From Flectonema sp. DT1601 (taxonomy: Eukaryota), in assembly GCA_964019425.1 (NCBI GenBank), contig OZ025797.1, forward strand, positions 434,001 to 498,000: DNA of 64,000 bases, in the 5' to 3' direction. The position numbers and the translations under genes are program-made. This document shows positions 1 through 12,182 of this stretch, in pieces (position 1 is the stretch's first letter; every line of letters begins with the position of its first letter). A model generated the notes under the pieces. The model made no database searches. It saw only the letters and a program-made list of their open reading frames with translations, and was not told the DNA's origin.

Positions 1-819
1 GACGCTCAGAACAACAGACCAGCGTGGTCACCATCATCACTGTCGGAGGTATCATCTGCGGAGGTAAACAGAATTATAAACACTCCTCTTGACTGGACAG
101 CTGATGGTACTACAGAACTAGACGTCCGCGTAGAGAGAGATGGTAGACGTGGAATCAGAAAAGCTGCTCGAGATCACGGATTAGATATTGTTCCTGGACT
201 TGGTGAGGATCCAAAAATAAGCACACCTGAAACTGCTTACTTACCTCAAAATATAAATATATACAAAACTGCTAGACATCCACAAACTGGTTCTATTGGA
301 AGTGAACGTTCTGACACCGTCCCAGCAGCTCAACAAGAATATAAAAAACAGGTCCTTGAAGAAGCAAGTTCTCGAATTGAAAGAGGAATGGGAAGGAAGT
401 TTACAAATAACTCTGAAGCGATTCTTGGATTCCGAATGAGTGATTTCGGAGAGACTCCAAGAGAGAAACAAGTGAGAGAAGGGAAACTTCAATGGGATCG
501 CCACAGAATAGTAGCAGAGCATGCCTCTAACCCAGAATCATCTAAGTTTATTAAAAGTGGTATTGATATGGGTGGAGAAGCTATTCTATCACCAGGTGGT
601 GGTGGAAGATATCGTGATCCAACTTTACCTCGTCACACTCCAACATTCGGAGATATACCAGATCATAAAGCATCTATTTTAACACATGCTTATACTGGTC
701 AAGGATTCCCAAAACCTGTTCGTAATTGGGACCTTGCGAATCAATTTTCTGTTAGAGAAACTGCAAAGGGAACTCCGAGTGATCAAATCGCAAGTATGAT
801 CGTTCAGAATGATTTCTAA
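1..819 (+). CDS. Hypothetical protein, 5'-partial
   Basis: Frame +1 is open from base 1 (DAQNNRPAW...) through the listed 388..819 ORF to TAA; no recognisable domain. Confidence 0.7.
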   Translation, partial: DAQNNRPAWSPSSLSEVSSAEVNRIINTPLDWTADGTTELDVRVERDGRRGIRKAARDHGLDIVPGLGEDPKISTPETAYLPQNINIYKTARHPQTGSIGSERSDTVPAAQQEYKKQVLEEASSRIERGMGRKFTNNSEAILGFRMSDFGETPREKQVREGKLQWDRHRIVAEHASNPESSKFIKSGIDMGGEAILSPGGGGRYRDPTLPRHTPTFGDIPDHKASILTHAYTGQGFPKPVRNWDLANQFSVRETAKGTPSDQIASMIVQNDF

Positions 820-1173
820 ACGTGTCATCATATCGCTACTTAGATGATTCGGACCACCGTGTCCTCTAACGCAGTCTTCAAACTGCTACAAAGATTTTTC
901 TTGCTGCTGACATTTCCTTTTTTTTTTTTCCCTCTTATTATTGTTCTCTATGGTAAGGGAAAATCGATTAAAAGGAGATTGTGTGTTGAAAAAAATTGTT
1001 CTTTGTAAAAAAAAGAAAAAAGAGTGGGGAAAAAAAAAAAAATTAAAATAATTGTTATGAAACGACAACAAGTGTAGCAGCACATTTCTATTGAAAACGA
1101 ATAGAAATTCTTTATAGTATTTTTTTTTTGTATAATTTATTTTTTATTTTCTTAGAACTATCAAACCAAAACC

Positions 1174-4100
1174 ATGTCTGATTTGGATATGCTGTTTTTA
1201 GATACTCGTAAATTCCATACAGCACGCCATGGAAATCATCACACTAATTTAATAAAACCCGTCAAAGAAGGATATCATGTTAAGCGATTACAAGACAGCT
1301 TAGAATTCGAGCAGCTACTCGGATTAGACTTAATGAGTACTTCTAAACGTGAGAATAAGAAAGCTGATAAGATTCTATCATCACTACAAAGAGTTAAGTA
1401 TCCTAATTTGCAGTCGAAGCAGACCAAAATATATGAAAAGAGACGCATGGGTTGCGTAACCTACTCTCCTCTTGAGAAATCTTTAACGTCGAGTATCTTA
1501 AAACCATCTTTAGACGTACCTTTGGGAAGTCCAAAAAAAAAATTAGAAAAAGCATTAACAAATATGCGAAAAAAGAAAAATGCAAGAGATGCCTTAGCCA
1601 GTAAACTCGTAGTCAAGACATGGTCTCGCACCATCACATCTTCAGAGAAACAATCTAATAGGGATATAAATATAAGTGATGTTATTTTATCGAAGGCTCG
1701 TGCAAAGTTTAAATCACAGAGGCAGTCTGCTGTGGCTCCTGAAGTTACTGGCAACCTATTAGACTTGAATGCGTTAAAAAGAGCAATAGAAGAAGAAAAA
1801 GACCGAGTTCTTATCGAAGATGATCAGAATATTACAACTGGGAGAGCAATTGCTACGGCTGCTCTAACTCAGGAGCCGAATCCGGACTTCGTCGATGAGC
1901 ACACAACTGGTATTTATTATTGAAGTGATTTGGTTTATTTTGCAAAAAATAAAAAACCAAAAAAAAATCAAAACCACAACAGGAATGCCCGTTGCTGATG
2001 TCCACAACTACTCGTTGTATTGTCAAAGTCAAAAGTTTACTGTGATGCTGAGACCTGTCGCAGATGGTGCTGCGCAAGCTTTTATTGGAATTTTTGGTTT
2101 TTCTGACAAAACACTTCTTGACGAGAGAGGTTATCCAATTCTTGAGCAACTTAACTACATTCCCTGGTCACATTATGTACAGTGTACAACTCATACAAGT
2201 ACAGCAAGAGGGAAGACAATGGCTACAGCTCTGAAGAGTAGTCCATACGAACCTATCAAAGGAATGGTTCCTGTTCATGCTCAGCTAAGTAAAGTTGGAG
2301 CTGCTCACACTCAACTTTTAAATAATTTAGAAGCAGCGTTAATAGAAGCCGGTGAGACAGGAGATGAATCTGTTCAAGGAATGACTAGCGCAGAACTTAC
2401 AAAAGTCTACGCGCGGCTTAAAACTATCGAAAGTAGAGCTGCTGAGATGTTTCTTAAAATTCAACAGGACTCTGAGAATGCAGTTTTACGAAGCAAACAA
2501 ACCCTAGAAAGGCTCAACATTGCTTACAACAGTATGTCAATGCCTTGTATTGATAAACATAAAATATCTGAGCTATTCGTCGACGAGTTTAACAATTCTC
2601 AAATCTTGGGAGAATGCTTTGCTAGATTTGGTCCTGTTAGAGAAATAATTCATTTCCTTGTCGGTAAGGAAGGGACTTCTCGTGAAAGTACTGTTTATCA
2701 AGAGAATAATTTACCTGTGTTTCTCTTATTACCGACTAGTGTCAATCGATACTATAGAAAATGGGAAACTGCAAAACAATGTTTTGTTGACCAAGTAAAG
2801 AATGATTTCCCACCTGAAGAAACTGCAGCCATCGCTGTAAAACTTGTCGCATCACGAAAGTTTTACGTCAGTAAACAAACAGGAAGGATTGAAGAATACA
2901 AAGAGGGATGTGAATTAGTTCCTGACTATGATGGTTTGACATACGCCAGAGACTTTGAATGTAAATTAGGTGCACATGAACTACGAGATATGACCTGTGA
3001 TCAAATACGTTCGCATCTTGTAAAACAACACGAAAAACTAATGTGTGAATCAATGGAGCAAAGATACATTGAGAACATGGGTCTTGTCACTCGTACAGAT
3101 GAAGATCATATTCAGGAAGTTAGAGTTCTCACTGATTGGAGACAGTCACACGGAGAGGAGTCAAACAACACTATAAAAACACAAGACTTCTTATCTGGTA
3201 ATTACAGCTGTTTCGATTCTGATGGAAAGCTTCGCGTTGTTAAGAATTTTGAACAAGCCATAACTTTCATCCGACAAGGTTGGCAGTCTGGAAAACCACT
3301 CCAACTAAATCCTAACTGGAACGTCCTTCTCGATCAAAGCTGGCTTCCCTATGTCGGATCAGAAAGTATTAAACCACTTTATAATAAAGAAGAACGTGAT
3401 GCGAGTATTGTAACGGGAATTCGTAGTCAAAAGAATCAAGAATGGGATGAAGACAGTCTATCAAATGCCTACAGTAGAATTTATCGAAAAGATGGTATCG
3501 AGTCATGGAGAGGAATGCCTCGAACTGCTGACGGTAAGAAAGCAACCGAACTAGAACTTTGGAGAACATACGTTCGTTTTAGAGATGAGTGGAAAGTCAT
3601 TCAGCTGTTCTTTCAGGCGAGACGTGCGTTGTTGTTTCCCGTGTTGTTTCTACATAAGAGGTGTAAGGATGATCTACCATGCTTTTTATTAGATAAACTT
3701 AACTCAGCTGAGGAAGATGCTCGTCGAATCTGCCGTCGCAGTCAAAGTGCTATCGTTTTAAAAGTTGTTCGCAACCTAACTCACCAAAAAGATCTGTTCG
3801 CTGAGAAACACGGAGTTTCGAGTACTTCTTTTATTGATCATATATGGGAGTACTTAATGGTTTATGAAATAAGAAATGGTTTTAGTGATTTCGCAACAAG
3901 TAGAGTTGAGTCAATGAGGAGTGCGATGATTACAAAAGAGAAGAGTGTCTCTGACGTGTCGAGTGCAAATCAATTCTTAGATTCATCAAAGACGAGATCA
4001 AACGACACAGGTGATAAACATATGACTTCAGGTGAGATGGTTGCTGTAGACTTTATGCGTCGTCATGGACAGAGATTTCTAGGATTGAATCCTTGGGTTG

Positions 4101-4261
4101 ATAGCACTGATCCTTTTGCTAATCATCAGCGAACTCGCAGGTGTTCTCGATCAGCTGAACAATCCTCAACAACTCGAATACGTCCTGCAGTGCTCTACGA
4201 ACATCGTACGTCACTTGCAACTGATGATTCACCAAGAGGTCGTTCACCTGGTTTGATGTGA
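1174..4261 (+). CDS. Hypothetical protein, about 1004 aa, two exons (1174-1909, 1983-4261)
   Basis: A GT...AG intron at 1910-1982 (gtattt...acaacag) joins the 249-aa and 788-aa ORFs in frame (..HTT-G-MPVAD..). Confidence 0.7.
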
Positions 4262-4838
4262 AATACTCTTCGGTGGATTTATCTATTTTAAATTTTTACA
4301 ACTATCAGTATCGTATTAGATTGTACTGCTGATTTATTTTTTTTATCTGTTTTGTTAATTTTAAAATAGGATTCTTCTGATTACCTGTTAGACCTTTTTG
4401 ATTGTCAAGTATTAGGTTTTCACCTGTACTCACTAAACATGTCTCTCCTACTTATCAATAGACTGTATGGTTGAGTGGGCGTACGTTGTACTCACCGCTA
4501 TTTTGTATCAAAAGATACTAATATATTGGTATTTGTTTCTATATTAGTCGTTCGCTCCAGGGCAAAGATTTCTGTTTTGGGTGAGTAACGACACCGCTCA
4601 TGTGAGTTTGAATTTTATTTATTTTATCTACATTAGTAACTTCCGTCTACAATCAGACATACCGTGATCAGAATGACTATCCTGTATTATACATCAGATT
4701 CACATTACAACTCTTTTATCTATTTATTTATCTTATTTACACGGATTGTGATTCTCTCTTTGCTGTTAAATATACGAATGGGATGATTATTTTTATTATT
4801 CAGATCAGGGAAAAAAGAAAAAAAAAAAAACAAAACAA

Positions 4839-7800
4839 ATGGAAGTTGGGATTCGGATAGCTTCAAGTTTCTCAACAGCTCCATTCAGTTCGATATTTAA
4901 AAAATGGGAACAGGAATTCGGAATATGCGTCACTGCTGAGTATTGTCAAGGTGAGGTTGCTGGAGTACTAGCCAGCGACAATCTATCAAAGTACGTCTTG
5001 ATAAGAGAAGATGATTTTCATTCTAACGATCTGTATGAAAACGTCCTTCAAACAGCATTACGAACTGAAGGAGTACACGTCCTGACATGTGACTCTCTAA
5101 CAGCAGGTAGTTATCAATCACAGTTAGCTATTCAGATGCAAACAATGTATCCATACAAGAAAGATGATATTTTATATTCAAAAGGTCTCACGGATGTTAC
5201 TCGGGTTCCTTTTAATATAAATCATTATGCCAGACTCGCTTGTTTTATTATTAGAAAATCACTGACGCCCCAAATAGCGAATAGAAGTAAACTATTTGCT
5301 GTTGATTGTGACCACACTTTATGGGATGGAATTGTATCTGAGGGTGAATACGTCCTTCCATTTAAACCAATTCAACAACAACTTGTAAAACTATCAGAGT
5401 CTGGACGACTTGTTACGTTGTTGTCAAGAAATTCAGCTGTGGATGTGCAGCAGGAGCTTCAGAAACCTGATTCAGTTCTTAAAGTGAAACACATCGTTTC
5501 GTTAAGCTGCGTCAATTTCGATGAAAAGACTGAAAACTTATCGAAGACAATCGAAACAGAGTTGGGAGGTATTTCACTGTCGAGCGTCGTGTTCATCGAC
5601 GACAATCCTTACGAAGTTGAAAAAATGAAACGGGTCCATCCAGAAGTCATTTCTATTGTCATTACAACTGACAACAGAAATCAACTTTTAGAACATCATT
5701 GGATCTTCGACACTACTGATATCATTACTGAAGAAGATAGAACCCGAACTACAATGATTAAACAAGAATTAACGAGAAATACGGATAGAAACCTATCTAA
5801 GTCACTTCAAGACTTCATGACTTCACTTTCCTTAGAAGTTTCTTGTATCCAAATAGACTCCAATACAGTATCTGTTTATAAGACCGAACTAGAACGTTCT
5901 CAACAACTACTACTCAGAAGTACTCAGTTCAATTCAAATCCAAATTTTTTGGAGACTGTGCGTAGTGGACTTGACAAGTGGTTATTTAAAAACAACAATA
6001 GAAGAATACTGGCGTTCAGCGTTAGCGATAAATACGGAAGCTATGGCATCGTTGGTGTTGTTGCGACTGAAAAAAATCAAAATACCACTACTACAGTACA
6101 CCAATTTGTCATGTCTTGCCGAGTACTAAACCGTGGTGTGGAACATTCAATGATTAGATATATTTATTGTAATCTACCTTCTGGTGATCAAAGCTTTATT
6201 GTGGCCTCAGAATCAACAAGTTCAATTCCGCCTGGCGTCACTTTTATTTTGAATGAATCTTCTAGGAATCAGCTAGCTATGAATTTTATGACAAAAGTTA
6301 ATGAGATGAAAGGAAAGAAACCATTAAAAGAATTACAATGGCAAGATACTTATGGTGGAGTTGAAGACAGGTCAAAGAAAAGTAAAATTAAAAGTAATTG
6401 TAAGGATTTGGTTTTATTATCTGAGTCGTTGCTAAAGATTAGTTGTTGTGGTGATGTTCCGCCTTTTTGTGAAATTAATAACGAGGATGTGGAATGCAAC
6501 TCTGACAGGGTTATTGAGATTCTTTCACAACTATCATCATCAGATGACATTAATAACAGTCGTAGCCTATCAGATATCGGAATCGATTCTGTGATTACAT
6601 CTAAACTAGTCAGTCAAATCCAATTCCTTCTTCCTAATAATTGTAACAAAACTTTAGCGTCATTCCTATCATCAAATCCATCAGTTGGGAGTTTATCAGA
6701 GTACCTGAATCCGTTATTAATTGAAAATGATGTAATAAATACAATCTGTAAGGCAGCTGGTATTCCCCGAAGTGATATTAACATCAGTTTTAGATTAAGT
6801 GAATTGGGAATTGATTCCGTCCGAGTAATCTCACTTATAAATAATATTATCAAGTGTGGTGTTTCTGTTGATGTAACGTCACTCACTGAGGAGATGTTGG
6901 TTGATCCAACTGTAAGTAAATTATGTGAATTTATAAAGTTGGGTAAAAGTAATAATAAAAGTGACATCTCACTACTACAGAGTGAGAGCTACTTGGAATC
7001 AATTCGTTCAGATGTTGGAAGTGTATTGAACATCTCTGTTTCAAATATCGATATTGATGTTCCATTATCGACAATCCAAGGACTTGATGAAATGAACTTG
7101 CCAATCTTACTTTCTCAGTGGGATGACCTCCCAGAGTCCTGGACTACCCCTCTGGCGTTGTCGTTGCTAACTCTTAGAAAAATTGCTTCTAAATTATTTG
7201 ATGTTAAAAGAAATTCAACAGAAATCGAAGCGAAATCAATTCCAGTTCGATCCCCGTTAGGAAGGAAAGTTTCAAAGCATTTGAAGAATGTTATCAGATC
7301 AGTTTCAAAGGTGATAAAGAGTAGTGAAAAGCCTTCAGAGAAAGTAGCAATCAATATCCTGACAGGAGGGGATCAAGAAATGATAAATAAAATATCAACA
7401 ATGTACAACAAACAACTACAAATCAATCCCGAAGTAACAACACTGTGGGATGTGGCAGCAGCTGTGGCGATGAGCAAGGACCCGCCTGAGAATTTGAAAG
7501 AAGTTCGGAAACAATTTTATAACCGCGAGAACAAAATAATACAAAACGCCTCCGACCCAACATCATTCCTACACGCTGCAGCTAACGGTAACATAACTCA
7601 ACTATCAAATCTTACATCTGTTGAAGCATTGCAAGTAGTCGATAAACTTGGTCTTAACTTACTGTCATGGGCTGCAGGTAATAATCAACTTGAGATTGTA
7701 AAAAAGTGTATTGAAGAGTACCATATTCCTGTTGATAGCATAAGTAAAGATGGTCGTACTGCCCTCATGTGGTGTTGTAGAAATGGACACTTAGCCGTTG

Positions 7801-8300
7801 CTGACTACCTCGTCAATAACGGAGCCGATGTCACGTTAGTTAATAAAAAAGGAAATACCTGCCTACATTGGGCTGTTTGGGGAGGACAATTAGAAGTCTG
7901 TGAGTGGTTAGTCAAACAACACAATCAGTCAATTGAAACAACTAATCACAGTGGTTGTAATGGAGCAATATGGGCAATTACTTCTGGATCATTACCTGTT
8001 TGTCATTGGATTCTTAGTCAGAATGGTAATTTTGCACACCTCAACTACTGGGGTCACGGAACTATTGTGAAAGCTGCTTGGAGAGGTCGTACTGATCTCT
8101 TGAAATGGTTACTTAAATCTTATGTACCAGCAGTTCATTTATTTTACTTCGACGCAGATGGTAAACTACCCATTGATCTTGCTGCAGAACGTGGACACAC
8201 AGAAACTGTTAACTTTCTTAGAAATATAATGAACGACAATAATCAAACTTGTGTTCCAGCTCCAAGTATAAAACAAGGAATTGGTGCTATCGAATATTAG
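4839..8300 (+). CDS. FkbH-like HAD phosphatase/glyceryl transferase fused to 2-3 acyl-carrier domains and C-terminal ankyrin repeats
   Basis: FkbH motifs DCDHTLWDG, FIDDNPYE, RSTQFN, DKYGSYGIVG, MSCRVLNRGVE; ACP motifs LSDIGIDSV, LSELGIDSV and degenerate IQGLDEM; ankyrin repeats (GRTALMWCCRNGH, GNTCLHWAVWGG, GKLPIDLAAERGH). Confidence 0.85.
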   Translation: MEVGIRIASSFSTAPFSSIFKKWEQEFGICVTAEYCQGEVAGVLASDNLSKYVLIREDDFHSNDLYENVLQTALRTEGVHVLTCDSLTAGSYQSQLAIQMQTMYPYKKDDILYSKGLTDVTRVPFNINHYARLACFIIRKSLTPQIANRSKLFAVDCDHTLWDGIVSEGEYVLPFKPIQQQLVKLSESGRLVTLLSRNSAVDVQQELQKPDSVLKVKHIVSLSCVNFDEKTENLSKTIETELGGISLSSVVFIDDNPYEVEKMKRVHPEVISIVITTDNRNQLLEHHWIFDTTDIITEEDRTRTTMIKQELTRNTDRNLSKSLQDFMTSLSLEVSCIQIDSNTVSVYKTELERSQQLLLRSTQFNSNPNFLETVRSGLDKWLFKNNNRRILAFSVSDKYGSYGIVGVVATEKNQNTTTTVHQFVMSCRVLNRGVEHSMIRYIYCNLPSGDQSFIVASESTSSIPPGVTFILNESSRNQLAMNFMTKVNEMKGKKPLKELQWQDTYGGVEDRSKKSKIKSNCKDLVLLSESLLKISCCGDVPPFCEINNEDVECNSDRVIEILSQLSSSDDINNSRSLSDIGIDSVITSKLVSQIQFLLPNNCNKTLASFLSSNPSVGSLSEYLNPLLIENDVINTICKAAGIPRSDINISFRLSELGIDSVRVISLINNIIKCGVSVDVTSLTEEMLVDPTVSKLCEFIKLGKSNNKSDISLLQSESYLESIRSDVGSVLNISVSNIDIDVPLSTIQGLDEMNLPILLSQWDDLPESWTTPLALSLLTLRKIASKLFDVKRNSTEIEAKSIPVRSPLGRKVSKHLKNVIRSVSKVIKSSEKPSEKVAINILTGGDQEMINKISTMYNKQLQINPEVTTLWDVAAAVAMSKDPPENLKEVRKQFYNRENKIIQNASDPTSFLHAAANGNITQLSNLTSVEALQVVDKLGLNLLSWAAGNNQLEIVKKCIEEYHIPVDSISKDGRTALMWCCRNGHLAVADYLVNNGADVTLVNKKGNTCLHWAVWGGQLEVCEWLVKQHNQSIETTNHSGCNGAIWAITSGSLPVCHWILSQNGNFAHLNYWGHGTIVKAAWRGRTDLLKWLLKSYVPAVHLFYFDADGKLPIDLAAERGHTETVNFLRNIMNDNNQTCVPAPSIKQGIGAIEY

Positions 8301-8563
8301 TCTGGTTACTCTTCTTGCTTTATCCTTCTTCTAACCTACAAACCTACAGTACAGATTGATGGAAGTAACTGATTTACTCAAAACTCCTTTTAATTTACCA
8401 GGACTCAGTTATCTTTTGTCCTGTTTGGCAACTTATGATAAAACTAACTAAAATATGTGTTACTGGTTATGTCTGCTGTTTGTATGTTTTGTTACTGGTG
8501 GTGTTTTGTGTTGTTTACCTTATTACCCTTTTCAGATTATAACAACAAAAAAAAAAAAAAAGA

Positions 8564-11029
8564 ATGAAGATCGGAATTGGTATTTTGATGTGTTTGGTAG
8601 CTCCGGTTACCTCAACCAAGTATATCGTCAAACTGCGTTCTCATGCTAGAGAGTTTGGTGTGCTTGATGTGTCGACGAATAATGCTATTGGTCATGGGAG
8701 AGAGGCTCGGATTGGTAGAAAGTTTGACGCACACATCGTTGATTTAAATAAATACCAACTCGAATGGGTGAAGAGTGAAGCTTCAAAGGTTAACGGAAGA
8801 GTTGAGTACTTTGAAAAATCACAACCGATAAAACACGCATCGGATATGACTTGTGACACAAACACTCCATCAGCACAATGGAGTTTAGGAAGAATTACTT
8901 CAGTAGCAACTCCAACTGTTGTCCCATCGAATGTTGATGCTGCTCCACTTCCTTTTGATCATGATCCTAACTGGGGTAATGGTGTTGATGCTTATGTTCT
9001 TGACTCTGGTATTAATTGTAATCACGTTGAATTCACATCTGGTAACGCTCAGTGTTTTTTTGGTACCAATGTAGCCAGTGACGCCCCAGACCCAGTCGAC
9101 TACACTGGCCACGGAAGTTTCATCGCTGGTGTCATTGCTGGTAAAACTGTCGGACTCGCAAAGTCAACAAAACTAATAAACGTTAAAGTATCAGATAATA
9201 ATGGAATAGGTGATACTGGTACCATGTTGTCAGGTGTTTCATGGGTAGTCGCAAATAAGAACACTGCCCGCCATTCTATTATTAATCTTTCAATTATCGC
9301 AGGGCTTTCAAGAGCCTTAAACGATGCCTTTGAGGCTGCAGTTCAAGAGGGAGTAAATATTGTTGTGGCTGCAGGGAATGGTAACGAAGTAGCATGCACA
9401 TTTAGTCCTGGATCAGCTCCAGGAGTAATCACTGTTGGTATGTCTGATAGACACGATGTGATGGTACAAACACCAACTTTTGGATCTAACTACGGTCTTT
9501 GTGTTGACATATTCGCACCAGGAGCTCACATCACATCAATTTCTCATGTGGATACTACTTCTATGTCTGGTGGTGCTGGCACATCATTTGCAACCCCTCA
9601 TGTTGTTGCTGCTGTTGCTGCATTCCTAACAAACAAACCAGTGTCGACAAAACCAAGTGAGGTTAGATCATGGGTTCACCATGCTTCTCTGAAAGATATT
9701 TTACAAGAAGTGAGAGGATCACCAAACAAGTTATTACACATCCCTTGTGGTCAGTCATGGCCACCTGCTACTGGTTGGGTGAATTCCGGATATAGAACTG
9801 AAGCAAAACTAGTTGGAGCATCTCAAAGTAGTGAATACAGTATCGCTGATTCACTGTATGCTGGTGATGGTACAGCAGAGAAAGCTATCGATGGAAACTT
9901 TGATACTTTTACTTTTACTTTTCTGGGGCAGGGTCAAACTTGGTCAGCAGGTTTTGCTCCCCACCGTGTCACCCGAGTAGTTATATGGAACAGAAAAAAC
10001 TGTTGTCAAGATCGACTATCTGAATTTACGATTACAATTGGAGGAGTTAGTCGTGTAGTTCGTTCCACTGTTAGTGATGATGACTCAGAAGGTTCTTCAT
10101 TTGAGTTTGGTGAAACACTCGGAACAAATATTGTGATTACTCAAGATAAGGTTTCTGATTCTTTCTTATCAATTGGAGAAGTTAAAATATACGGAACTCC
10201 TGTAAAACCACTCATCGCCCTCACTACTACTTCAACTAACCCAGGAGAAGTCCACTCAGCTACATTCACATCTGGTAATCGTCATCAAGTATCGAGTGTT
10301 ATAGTTAAGAATAGTGGTAATCTTGGATCACTGTTAACTAACTTCCACATTGTATTATCAGTTGATGAGTTCATACCTGGAACACCACTTACTGATGTTG
10401 CTAATGTTAGAAAGGTACGACAGGTAACTCAACTTCAATTTATCGACGGTGAGCTTTTCGACTTTGAAGGATTTGAAGCTCAACACATCACCCTGGTAAC
10501 CTCATTAGGATCAGTTGTAGTGTCTGATATTATATCAGTGTATGGTGATGTAGTACCTTCTGTATGTGTTGATGTCATGGATGCAGTATCTGGTGATGCT
10601 TCGATTCCGTTTTCTTACATCCCAACAGTAATGGAGACAGCATCAGTTTATTCTTTTACTGGTGGAATTGCTGCTGGTTATCAAATTCGTCTTGAGTGTT
10701 GTGGTAGTCAAGATTGTGATTTCTTCTTATCAGTTTATCACTGTCCTCCATGTTCTACTAGTCGGAGTGGTGGGTACCCAGGATCACTTCCTGTTAGTCT
10801 TTGGACACCAGGATTGTGTAGTCCTTTATTCACTCAAGGGGCACATACATACCCAACAGCAACATTTCATAAAAGGGTCACTGCTGGGTCAGTTGAGCTC
10901 CTCCCACCAACTACAACAGCTGTTCCTTACGTTGCGATATTCAATTTGAGAGGCAGTACGGGTCCTGTTTTGTGCAGGACACGAGGGCCAATTATTCCTG
11001 CGACCGAATGCCTTGCTTGTTTTCCTTAA
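8564..11029 (+). CDS. Secreted S8 subtilisin-like protease with F-type lectin (FTP)-like domain(s) and a Cys-rich C-terminus
   Basis: Signal peptide; catalytic motifs VLDSG, GHGS, AAGN, GTSFATPHV; lectin-like KAIDGN...VVIWNRKNCCQDRL. Confidence 0.85.
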   Translation: MKIGIGILMCLVAPVTSTKYIVKLRSHAREFGVLDVSTNNAIGHGREARIGRKFDAHIVDLNKYQLEWVKSEASKVNGRVEYFEKSQPIKHASDMTCDTNTPSAQWSLGRITSVATPTVVPSNVDAAPLPFDHDPNWGNGVDAYVLDSGINCNHVEFTSGNAQCFFGTNVASDAPDPVDYTGHGSFIAGVIAGKTVGLAKSTKLINVKVSDNNGIGDTGTMLSGVSWVVANKNTARHSIINLSIIAGLSRALNDAFEAAVQEGVNIVVAAGNGNEVACTFSPGSAPGVITVGMSDRHDVMVQTPTFGSNYGLCVDIFAPGAHITSISHVDTTSMSGGAGTSFATPHVVAAVAAFLTNKPVSTKPSEVRSWVHHASLKDILQEVRGSPNKLLHIPCGQSWPPATGWVNSGYRTEAKLVGASQSSEYSIADSLYAGDGTAEKAIDGNFDTFTFTFLGQGQTWSAGFAPHRVTRVVIWNRKNCCQDRLSEFTITIGGVSRVVRSTVSDDDSEGSSFEFGETLGTNIVITQDKVSDSFLSIGEVKIYGTPVKPLIALTTTSTNPGEVHSATFTSGNRHQVSSVIVKNSGNLGSLLTNFHIVLSVDEFIPGTPLTDVANVRKVRQVTQLQFIDGELFDFEGFEAQHITLVTSLGSVVVSDIISVYGDVVPSVCVDVMDAVSGDASIPFSYIPTVMETASVYSFTGGIAAGYQIRLECCGSQDCDFFLSVYHCPPCSTSRSGGYPGSLPVSLWTPGLCSPLFTQGAHTYPTATFHKRVTAGSVELLPPTTTAVPYVAIFNLRGSTGPVLCRTRGPIIPATECLACFP

Positions 11030-11970
11030 ACAGAATAGTCTTTATTTGGTATCCTTCATCTGTAAGCGTTGGCTGCAACAAAAGTGCTGACGAGAATAGC
11101 AGCCTATCTCCGTTAATATGTTTTTAAAGGAAGAATTAAAAATAAAAAAATTAGACCCGTTAAAATTTATAATAATCGCAAACAGCATAACTTTCTTTTT
11201 CTTACAAACAAGTAATGTTGCCCTGCTGCCTTATCTACCCTGAAAAATCTGATTTATCTTTGTGATCAAAATGGCAGTCAGTTTTTTAAAGTGGTTGTAC
11301 GGTCTTGTTTCCTCTCAGTTTCTTTCCGCTTCCCCCAATTCCCTTTTTAAACAACTAACGCGGCATTCTTATTGAAAAAAAAAAAGAAAATATTAACAAC
11401 CAGGTGTAAACCGATTATTTCAACAATATAAAACAAATAGTATGCGAAGTTTGTTTTTGAGTGACCATCACTTCAGGTGAATTCAATACTCAAATAGCTT
11501 CATCAGGTCGACTTGATATTATCTTTCTGTTGATTTGAAGTGGTGGAGTTCTTTTTATAGATTTTTCTTTTTTTCTCTGTTCTCTCTCTCTCTCTCTCAC
11601 CCCACGTTCACCCATATCAATCACGTTTGTTCATGTCATGTTCACTCTCACGAAACTATAGTGTTCTATAGATGTAGAGAACCATGAGGTGAGTAACTTA
11701 TTGTTGCTTTGAATCAAATCACACAATTAATACGACACGTCGTGTGTCTGTCTGACTAGCGGGTTTGTTTTCCTTTCGAACTGATGATGTATTTCACTAT
11801 TTGCTAGCTTTGTGTAAGCAATTGTTCCCTTTGTGGTTATAAAGCCATTCAATGTTAACTTCTCTCTCTTTATCTTTTTTCGGATTTTAATTTCGAGAAC
11901 AATAAGTGTATAGTGTACTATGCACCCGGTTTTGCGGTCTTGGTTTTTTATTTTACTCATTTTCTTTTTT

Positions 11971-12075
11971 GTACCGACGTAGTCGGAGAAGAAACTATTC
12001 AGACTGAAATAATCTATTTCCCCGTGTGACAGGATTCTGTCTTCGTTCAACGAAATATAAGGCTTTATCTGAATG
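11971..12075 (-). repeat. Short dispersed SINE-like repeat (other copies at about 20666-20712, 21698-21797, 53215-53335)
   Basis: Shared sequence gtaccgacgtagtcggagaa...gttcaacgaaata, preceded by T-rich tracts on + (A-rich tail on -). Confidence 0.6.
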
Positions 12076-12182
12076 GTTTTTTCTTTTCTTTTTTTTTTTT
12101 TCCCCCTTCCTCGAATTTTATCATTTGATATATTTATTCCAATCCCTGAGGTAATTATTAATTATCAGTTCCATAGTAATGA

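Noticed and set aside
4472..4600. Short imperfect inverted repeat (possible MITE)
   Set aside because: Single copy in the window, several mismatches, no clear target duplication.
11645..11695. Type II hammerhead-like arrangement
   Set aside because: GAAA and a stem are present, but the CUGANGA core and the cleavage-site U are not.
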